Source of the DNA: a virus
Direction: 5' to 3' (one strand)
Length of the DNA stretch: 64,000 bases
IMG/VR virus record: IMGVR_UViG_3300042868_004707
Span: 1 to 64,000 of that record
The notes below the pieces were generated by a model. It was not told the DNA's origin. It searched no databases and saw only the letters and a list, made by a program, of their open reading frames with translations. Shown in pieces: positions 18,119-26,000 of this stretch. Every line of letters starts with the position of its first letter. Position 1 is the first letter of the stretch. The translations under genes were made by a program, and so were the position numbers.

Positions 18119-19135
18119 TTAATAATGTAAGTTATATTTTTCTTTTATTTCGTTTAGCTTAGTGGCATAAAACCACGTACAAAACTTTTTAGAATTCTCA
18201 TCATTCAATACAGTTTCTAAATATGGATCTTTTGTCGGATCAGTTCCCATGTGGTATTTACCTTTATAGAAAGCTGGGTATCCATTTCCTGTTTCAGAAA
18301 CTATTCCTGCGTTATGAAAGATTGTGTGAGACTCTAATTTTACAATAGGATCTGTTGCCCATGCAAAATCTAATTCTCTCACCACTTTTGTCTCTTGATC
18401 TCTTAACCAGATGTTCCATAAGACAGCCCACATATCTGCACACCAACTTTGAAACCCTGAGTTTTCATCTTTAAAGAATTCTCTATTTATCTTTTGTAAA
18501 TAGGTTCTTATAAGAATACAATCATTCATCACCTTACTCCAGAAATCAGCATCTACATTCTTTAATAAATATTGTGCTCCTCCTGAATGATCATTATTAG
18601 CTTCAGCTATCTCTCTACTGATTCCAATAACACTTGCTATTTCTGCAAGAACATCTCTACCTTTATACTCTTCTAGTTTCTCTGGTAATACTTGATGTAT
18701 CTTACTATCAAAATATTTAGCGTTGATGTAGCTATTTGTGTCTGATAGATAGTTTATATCATCTTCTAAAAACTGATCTACATTAAAGTCTTTCATAAAT
18801 AGAATGTCAGAATCACAATAAAAGATTGCTTTCTCACTTAGTTCTGGATGTTTCTTAAAATGTTTCCAAAGAACATATGGTCTAAGTACAGGAATGTATA
18901 TTCCTATTAATCTATTTAAGTTGTCTTCATCTTCATAGAAATGAAATTCAGCTTCTGGATACAACTCTTCGATCTGTTTCCACTTATCTCTATTCTCTCT
19001 TCCTTTAGGAGTGAATATAAGATTGATTGCTTTGTCAGAATGTCCTATCTCTTTTAGACTTTCCATCCATAAGTTTACTTGCCATGTGTAATAGATGTCA
19101 CTTGGACAACATTGAACAAATTTTAAATCTTTCAT
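18119..19135 (-). CDS. GT-A glycosyltransferase resembling peptide O-glycosyltransferases (GT95/GT96-like)
   Basis: YYTWQV, YIPVLRPY, FYCDSDILF (DxD), GGAQYLL, SWCADMWAV, IFHNAG. Confidence 0.7.
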   Translation of the reverse strand: MKDLKFVQCCPSDIYYTWQVNLWMESLKEIGHSDKAINLIFTPKGRENRDKWKQIEELYPEAEFHFYEDEDNLNRLIGIYIPVLRPYVLWKHFKKHPELSEKAIFYCDSDILFMKDFNVDQFLEDDINYLSDTNSYINAKYFDSKIHQVLPEKLEEYKGRDVLAEIASVIGISREIAEANNDHSGGAQYLLKNVDADFWSKVMNDCILIRTYLQKINREFFKDENSGFQSWCADMWAVLWNIWLRDQETKVVRELDFAWATDPIVKLESHTIFHNAGIVSETGNGYPAFYKGKYHMGTDPTKDPYLETVLNDENSKKFCTWFYATKLNEIKEKYNLHY

Positions 19136-19174
19136 AATGTAGTTGGTTTATTATATTTTATTGTTGTGTGGTTA

Positions 19175-19378
19175 TTAGTTTTCTGGGAATGGTGTATATT
19201 CAATCCTTTCTAACTCGTTAAGTTGGTCGTAAATTTCTGAAAAGTTTGGGTCGTTTAAGACCTCTAAACCAACTATCCATCTATCACTACCATCTTTTAC
19301 AAATAGTAATTCAGATGCGTTATTCTTATAACCATTCAATGCGTTATATTGCTCTGTATTTGGGTGTAGTACTAACAT
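19175..19378 (-). CDS. hypothetical protein
   Basis: 67-aa ORF coupled to upstream gene. Confidence 0.7.
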   Translation of the reverse strand: MLVLHPNTEQYNALNGYKNNASELLFVKDGSDRWIVGLEVLNDPNFSEIYDQLNELERIEYTPFPEN

Positions 19379-19379
19379 A

Positions 19380-20150
19380 TTATAAAGAATTTAAATAAGT
19401 ATCAAAAGTATTTACAAAAGCAGTGTTTTCTGTAATCATAGAAGCACCCATTGCATACATAGATATTTTAGCGTTCACATAAATTGCTCCTTGTCTTAAA
19501 ATCCATTGGTTTGCATTTGGTAAGCCTGTTGACAACAATGTTCTATTTTCTCCTACCGAAGCATTATATAAAGAAACAGCAGTTGAACTTGTACGATGTA
19601 TAGACTTCATTTCTTTAGTTGCCGTATACGTAAAAGCTGAATTTAAAATATTTACTGCTCCTGAATTAATTTTATGTGTTGTATATACTCCTAGTCTAAT
19701 GTTATTTGTATCAATTGAATTACCCTCAATTCTTTGCCCTAAACTTCCAGAAAATAAATACATAAATCTACTTGCGTTATTAGTAACGTAGTTAGTACTT
19801 TGAGTACTTGGATTGAAATTTGTATCAATGTAACTTGATGTTCCGTTACCCATAAATCCTTCATTAGCTGTGAAGGTTGGTGTATTTATTAAAGTTGATT
19901 GGTTTAATGTAGGTGCTTTCCAATTTAATGTAGCAAAATTTGAACCTCCATCATTTGCAAAGATATACAACACATCAAGTTTAGTCCATATCCCACCTGA
20001 CTTTAAGGCTAAAACTAAAGTATTTTGTTTTATTCGTTGAGAAACTGAAGGCAATGTATATCCTAACGCAACAGCTCTATTCAACACAGCTTGATAATCT
20101 GCATCAAATGAACTATTTTGTCCTTGTCCACAACTTAATAGCGTTAACAT
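19380..20150 (-). CDS. putative virion protein with concanavalin/LamG-like beta domain
   Basis: LKSGGIWTKLDVLYIFA...GNGTSSYIDTNFNPST pattern; Asn/Thr/Ser rich. Confidence 0.55.
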   Translation of the reverse strand: MLTLLSCGQGQNSSFDADYQAVLNRAVALGYTLPSVSQRIKQNTLVLALKSGGIWTKLDVLYIFANDGGSNFATLNWKAPTLNQSTLINTPTFTANEGFMGNGTSSYIDTNFNPSTQSTNYVTNNASRFMYLFSGSLGQRIEGNSIDTNNIRLGVYTTHKINSGAVNILNSAFTYTATKEMKSIHRTSSTAVSLYNASVGENRTLLSTGLPNANQWILRQGAIYVNAKISMYAMGASMITENTAFVNTFDTYLNSL

Positions 20151-20151
20151 A

Positions 20152-20718
20152 TTATGCGTAAGTTAAATTAACAATTACATCTCCTGCTCCTACTGAACCA
20201 GTATCATTATCTGCTGAACCACTTGTAATAGCAATACCAATTCCTAATGGAAAATTAACTCCCATAGAGAATGGAATAGCCACCCCTGCTCCTTGTGTAT
20301 TAGCTGGAATTGGAATAGTCATCACTGGAACATCTGTTCCTACTGTTGGAGCTGTTGCTTTGTTATATAATTTTAAATATCTAACGGTACTTGTAAGTCC
20401 TATTGCTACAATTGAATATAAATTACCAGGAGTAGCTTTAATTGCATTAGCATTTGTTGAAGCTAATGAAATTAATTTATAAGGAGTGGTTCCATTAGTA
20501 CCTGTAGTATTTGCTCTAGGACTAACTGCTACTGGTGTAGCTCTTAATTCTGTATCAGTTAAAGGTCCTGTTACAGGAACTGGATCTGTTATATCATTAA
20601 TTACTGTCACATCTGATGCAGTTCCTGTCACCTTTGTTAAGTATTCTAATTGTTTTGATATTTGCCATAATAGATTAGAGTCTGTTCCCCAACCTATCTG
20701 TCTTGAAGGTATTGCCAT
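20152..20718 (-). CDS. putative virion structural (fibre) protein
   Basis: MAIPSRQIGW...LLWQISKQLE N-terminus; GPLTDTELRATPV; YLKLYNKATAPTVGTDVP domain. Confidence 0.6.
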   Translation of the reverse strand: MAIPSRQIGWGTDSNLLWQISKQLEYLTKVTGTASDVTVINDITDPVPVTGPLTDTELRATPVAVSPRANTTGTNGTTPYKLISLASTNANAIKATPGNLYSIVAIGLTSTVRYLKLYNKATAPTVGTDVPVMTIPIPANTQGAGVAIPFSMGVNFPLGIGIAITSGSADNDTGSVGAGDVIVNLTYA

Positions 20719-20741
20719 GATTTAAATTTTTATTCGTTATA

Positions 20742-20749
20742 CAAAAATA
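20742..20749 (-). promoter_or_regulatory. Bacteroidota -7 promoter box
   Basis: TATTTTTG on the - strand, 23 nt upstream of ATG 20718. Confidence 0.45.
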
Positions 20750-20838
20750 AGTTTTTTTAATTATAAGTAGATGATTATCACCAAAATAAAATAACAAAAA
20801 TAGTTAGAACGAATCTAACTAATCTGATTACTTATTTT

Positions 20839-21270
20839 CTAAATAGATCTAAGTTGGAAGTGCATACCGTCAGGTCTACTTGTCCAAGTTCCTCCCCATT
20901 CAAATCCACAATCAGTAAAACATTTTACTAATTTAGGAGACATTGTAGGTGTTTTACCTAATCCATTCCACGCAGCATTGATATCTATAGCTATTCCCCA
21001 AGAGTGTAAAGACATCGATTTAAGACCTCTTTTCTTTCTTACATTGAAACAACCATCCCACGTTTTTAATTCATCTATAAGCCCTCTATCTATTATATTA
21101 GAGAAAGCTTGCATTAATGGACCAATCATTAATTTGTTACAATATAACTTCTTTGGTATAACTCCTATCTCAAGATGTGAGGGCACATCCCAAAGAGTCA
21201 TGTATTTTAACTCGTTAGTAGTTATTGCAGGATCACCCCACTTCTTTAAGCATTGTGTACTTGTTACCAT
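20839..21270 (-). CDS. endolysin, peptidase M15 family
   Basis: FNVRKKRG..SLHSWGIAIDIN...WGGTW..PDGMHFQ. Confidence 0.9.
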   Translation of the reverse strand: MVTSTQCLKKWGDPAITTNELKYMTLWDVPSHLEIGVIPKKLYCNKLMIGPLMQAFSNIIDRGLIDELKTWDGCFNVRKKRGLKSMSLHSWGIAIDINAAWNGLGKTPTMSPKLVKCFTDCGFEWGGTWTSRPDGMHFQLRSI

Positions 21271-21273
21271 TTA

Positions 21274-21882
21274 TTATTTGATTTTAATTTTCCAATATGT
21301 TCCAAGTCCATAAGTAATGGTTCCATTAAAGTCTACACCAATAGATCCTTGGTAAATATGATCTTTTTTTGTTTTGTATATAAATCCAGGACTAAATGCT
21401 GTTATATCAGTTCTGTTAACAAAACCATTAAGACCTACATATAATTGTCTTTTAGGTTCTTCTTGTTTTGTTATAGTGATAGTTTTTATAACCTGTGGTA
21501 TCTTATAGTCTTTTATGTATCCTCTTTTACCATATAATTTATTAATCCACACAGTGTCTCTAATCACTATTGTACCAAGACTATCTAATTTCAATGTGTC
21601 TGTATATATTGTTCTAACTAAATGTTCTTTTAAAAGATTCTGAAATCTAGCTTTACATGTATCAATAGTTTCACCAGGATAGTATTCTGGTTTATTTATA
21701 TGCACATACTGCTTTTTATAAACAGTCACTTCTTTAGTTATTGTGTCATGTACATGTTTGTAGATAGTATCAATTTTCACTTCTGTAGTGTCTCCTGCTT
21801 TTTCTATCTTATCACAGCTTCTCTGTATTAATATGATAGCCACTAGACATGCTATAATGATAAAGTAAAATCTATTTTTCAT
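21274..21882 (-). CDS. putative spanin-like lysis protein
   Basis: N-terminal hydrophobic anchor ending QRSC, DT-rich stalk, C-terminal amphipathic beta strands; lies between holin-like gene and endolysin. Confidence 0.5.
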   Translation of the reverse strand: MKNRFYFIIIACLVAIILIQRSCDKIEKAGDTTEVKIDTIYKHVHDTITKEVTVYKKQYVHINKPEYYPGETIDTCKARFQNLLKEHLVRTIYTDTLKLDSLGTIVIRDTVWINKLYGKRGYIKDYKIPQVIKTITITKQEEPKRQLYVGLNGFVNRTDITAFSPGFIYKTKKDHIYQGSIGVDFNGTITYGLGTYWKIKIK

Positions 21883-22078
21883 AATTCCCTCTTGCTTTAA
21901 ATAAACGTTCTGCTATTTCAGTAGCTGCTTGTGATCCTATATATATTGCTGCTACCACTGTCCAATTGTCTGAATCTATATTTGATGTAAATAAAGCTAC
22001 TGATGCAATTATAAATGCCATCAGTTTTCTACTCACCCATTTAGATAACAACAAATCTATCTTTTCTTTTGTGCTCAT
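21872..22078 (-). CDS. putative holin
   Basis: Start at ATG 22078 (MSTKEK...); SRKL followed by two hydrophobic segments; next to endolysin. Confidence 0.6.
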   Translation of the reverse strand: MSTKEKIDLLLSKWVSRKLMAFIIASVALFTSNIDSDNWTVVAAIYIGSQAATEIAERLFKARGNYEK

Positions 22079-22079
22079 G

Positions 22080-22397
22080 TTATTTGATTTTACTGTATAT
22101 GTTAGCAAGATATTGTAAACCTGCAGCAGCTGCAACAATGATACCAATAGTCCAAGTAAATTTCTTTTTAAATTCTTCTTGCTTTTGAATCTTGGTCTCA
22201 AGCTCTTTGATTTTTATTTTTAAATCATCTATATCCTTAACGAATCCTCCTGTTTTAGTAAGAGCGTTTCCCAAGATAGCATCTACTACTTGACTTAGTT
22301 TTGTGTCTATAGAGGTCATTTTTTCCTCTAGATCATATAGGCGTTGATCCATGCTCTTTAATTCTTTTTCTACTTGTTGTTCAAATGATTGGGCCAT
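22080..22397 (-). CDS. coiled-coil protein with C-terminal TM helix (lysis-associated)
   Basis: Heptad-rich body and FTWTIGIIVAAAAGLQYLA. Confidence 0.6.
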   Translation of the reverse strand: MAQSFEQQVEKELKSMDQRLYDLEEKMTSIDTKLSQVVDAILGNALTKTGGFVKDIDDLKIKIKELETKIQKQEEFKKKFTWTIGIIVAAAAGLQYLANIYSKIK

Positions 22398-22492
22398 ACT
22401 GGTAAAGATTTTTACATATATTATTTATTTAAACGCAAAATGCCCAAGCTCGCAGTTGAGTGGGTTTGTTGGTTACATATATAATTAAAGAA

Positions 22493-22557
22493 CAAATATA
22501 AATTGTTTATTCCATATAAAGAAGTGCTAATATTATATTTCTGATATAATATAGCAT
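22493..22557 (-). promoter_or_regulatory. promoter for lysis cassette (upstream motif plus -7 box)
   Basis: ATGCTATATTATATCA at 22542-22557 and TATATTTG at 22493-22500. Confidence 0.55.
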
Positions 22558-22587
22558 AAGGTAAATATATTTACGTAAAAATTATTC

Positions 22588-22977
22588 TTAGTGAACAATC
22601 TTCAAAAGATCTCCTGTACGATATATTTGACCAACACTCAATCCTGCAAATATAGCAGAAGCATTATCAGAATATTGAGGAGTGATTTTAGGTGTTGTTA
22701 ATACAATACTCCAATCATTTGATCCAGCACCTACTGACTTAGCAAAGTATAATATAGAATTAGTTGTATTCAAATAAAGCTGTCCTATATATGTAGCAGA
22801 AGTAGTAGGAGCAGTGGTACCAGTTTTTGGTACCAAGTTATTATTTATTTTAGCTAATATAGACTCAAGACTTTCTAAAGGATTGGCTTGTATATTAGTT
22901 AAATAAGAGCCATTGTATATAATGCATTTAGCATTTTCATATGTGGCACACGTTGGGCAAATTGCAGCTGTTCTCAT
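22588..22977 (-). CDS. putative fibre-associated structural protein
   Basis: CIIYNGSYL..I...LESILAKI N-terminal module shared with fibre genes at 59595-62310. Confidence 0.6.
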   Translation of the reverse strand: MRTAAICPTCATYENAKCIIYNGSYLTNIQANPLESLESILAKINNNLVPKTGTTAPTTSATYIGQLYLNTTNSILYFAKSVGAGSNDWSIVLTTPKITPQYSDNASAIFAGLSVGQIYRTGDLLKIVH

Positions 22978-22982
22978 GTGAG

Positions 22983-23047
22983 CAAATTTATATATTAATT
23001 ATGTATTATAAAAGGGTGTATGTTAAATATTTGGTATAATATAGCGT
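22983..23047 (-). promoter_or_regulatory. promoter (upstream motif plus -7 box)
   Basis: ACGCTATATTATACCA at 23032-23047 and TAAATTTG at 22983-22990; same spacing as at 22493-22557. Confidence 0.55.
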
Positions 23048-26000
23048 TTATCTAATTCCGTATTGACCTTGCATTTTTATACCAAGATCTTTTGCCAACT
23101 CTGGATAGAACATAGGTAAATATCCAGCAGCTTGATTAGATATAGGAAAAGATTTCATTAAGTATTTAATTGGTTTAGCATCATCTTGTATTTCTTCATC
23201 ACCTACAACCATTCCAAAATTCTGTAAAGCAAATTCTTTTGTAAATTTAGCATAATTTTCTAAAAGTCCTAAAGAAGGTACAATACCTTTCCCAAGTAAA
23301 TCAAATGGAGTGGTAGGATCATAAAAGTACATAAGCTCGTCTTTTAACTTATCTGTAGCTTTTACATAAAACTTCCATTGATTTTTTACAATTGCTTCTT
23401 CATCATCATCTGGAGCAGCAGCTTTTAATCCTGCTAATAATGTTGATATAGATAGTAATATTACAAGGTCAGTAACTTGATTTTTTATATTTTGATTAAC
23501 AAGAAATATAAACTCATCCTCTGTCATATCAAGATCTTTATTTGTTTTATCTTTATACTCTTTTCTTTTCTTTTCATACAACTCTCTAACTTGAGCTAAC
23601 CAAACATCTCCATCTCCACCAATAGCAGCTTTTGTACTATTAATAGATTTCATTATATCTGTTGTAAGCATGCCAAATATCATACGCATTCTTCCCCACT
23701 CATATGCATCAGAAGCAGCGTTGTATTTCATATTTCCAATACGAACATCAACAAGTCTAGGAATCCAGTTCTTGAATACCATCATTGATGCAGCATATAC
23801 ATTCATGTTTGCTTTACGTCTATTCTCTTCACTCATAGAACCAAGAGCATCAGATGTAAAACTTTGAACAAGTCTTCTAAATTCTATAACTGAATCAGAT
23901 TTTTTATCCACTCCAGGAATAACAAACTCTCCATCTTTCACTTCTCCAAGTTTCAATACACCTTTCTCATCAATAAGTGCTTCTACATCTTTATCAAACT
24001 TATCAGCTCTTTGTTTTCTTTCTTCTTGTGTTCCAGTGTAGAAGTTTTTATACTCATCAGTCTTTCTTAGATATTCTCTAACATTAACTATTTTACCATC
24101 TACAACAATAGCATTTTTAAGAAAAGCATAAAAGTTTAATGTCTGTACAGCTTGTTCTCCACTTCTCATCATAAACATTAAGAAGTCTTGAAGTTGCTGT
24201 TCATCAAATTTGTTTAATGAAAGTTTCTTAGCAGCATCTCTATTATAACTTTCTACAAAAGGAAGGAAGTAATCAAGAGCAGCTAATGCTTTTTTAGGAT
24301 CATCACCTAAAGAACTTTTTCCTAATATAGTTCCTTGCATTTTATTAGTAAGAAACCACATCTGTGTCTTAACATAATCAAGTTTAGTAAAATACTTACC
24401 AGCATTAATAATTCCATTGGCAGTACCACCAAACAAGTTAGAGATAGCAGATAAAGAGTTAAGTCCTAATGTTGTCAATTGGAATTGCGTGTTGACAGTA
24501 TCAATAAGTTTATTTGCAGAAAGTTGTCTTTCTTCAAGATCTTCAGGGAATATTTTCATTCCTAACTTATCGTTTATGTTTTTTCCAAACCCAGATATCT
24601 TTCCTAGGTATGCATCAAACACTTCACTCTCTATATATTTCTGTTGATATATAACAGCTTTAATTAAGTCTTCTAATAATTGAGAGTTTTCAGAGTTGTC
24701 TACATATTTGAAATCATCACCTTCTTTAACAAGTCTTCCAAATCTAGAAGTCATTATTGACTTCTTGTTTCTTTCAATTCTAAGAAGTTGCAATGCACTT
24801 TCCTCAATATCTTTTAAGTTCTTAAACTTAATAGCATACTGATTATATAAAGCCATTGTTTTGAATAAGTCTGTTGAGTATCCTTCTCCAAAATCTTTTG
24901 TAAAATATTTAGGAACAACATTAATTAATTCACCAGTTGTTGGATCTGTTTGTCCATATCCAGCTTCTGCTTCATCCATTGAAATGTTTCTTAAGAATTG
25001 CTCACCCATTCCTCTTGTAGCTCCATCAAATGCAAGTCCTTCAACAAAACCTTTTCTAATCCAAGGAAGAAACTTTCTAGCTTTATTTCCATGTAAATAT
25101 TCTATTTTTTGATAATAATTATTACGTTCAATAATGTAATCATAGAATTTTTTAACAGGCTCATTTTCTGGTTTGTTTAACTCTTTCCATTCTGCAGATT
25201 CCCATTTATCTCTTTTTGGAAACTGTCTAACATCTACATATGATAACCATCCATTAGCTTTTCTATTTTCAAGACTATATTTATTATACATTTTAGCAAG
25301 CTGTTTTTTCACTTTAGCTTGTGCTTCTTCTTTTGTACCTACTACAGGTAATGCAAATATCCTCTTTGTTTCTTCTTCAATCTTATCTTCTATATAATCT
25401 CTATAAGCTTGTTCATCAATATTTTCTATTACCCAAGCATGATCTTTCTTAGCTATTCTAGCTTTTAATTCATCGTAAAATTTTCTATCAAACTCATCAA
25501 TCAATTCATTCTTATCTTTCTTCATAAGAATATCAAAATAGTTTTTTACAGAAAGACCTTTTGAAGAAGCCCACTTCTCATAGTTCTCTTTTAACGTAGA
25601 TAGTTTTTTAACTTCTTCTAATGTTTCTATTTCAGAAAGAGCAAATGCTCTGTTTGCTTTTTTATATAATTCTTGAATATTAACAACTTGTAATGTAGCC
25701 ATATTAGAAAGCCACTTACTAATTCCTTTCACCACTTTTTCTGGTGTACTACTTGCTTCATTAAATTTCTCACCAAAGGTTTCATCTAAGTCTTCAAGAT
25801 CTGCAATATAGTTTTCAACCTTCTCAAGAGTGTTGTTTATTTCTGTCTTCAATTTTAAACCTTCTTCTGTAGAATCATCTATACTTGATCTTAGAAGTCT
25901 TAAATCTAAATAAGGAGCAAGTGCTTCAAGATGAATTCTAATCATACCAGCAAAAGCATTTATCTTCTCTTGAGGAATGTCTTCTTTTTCTTTACCTTCA

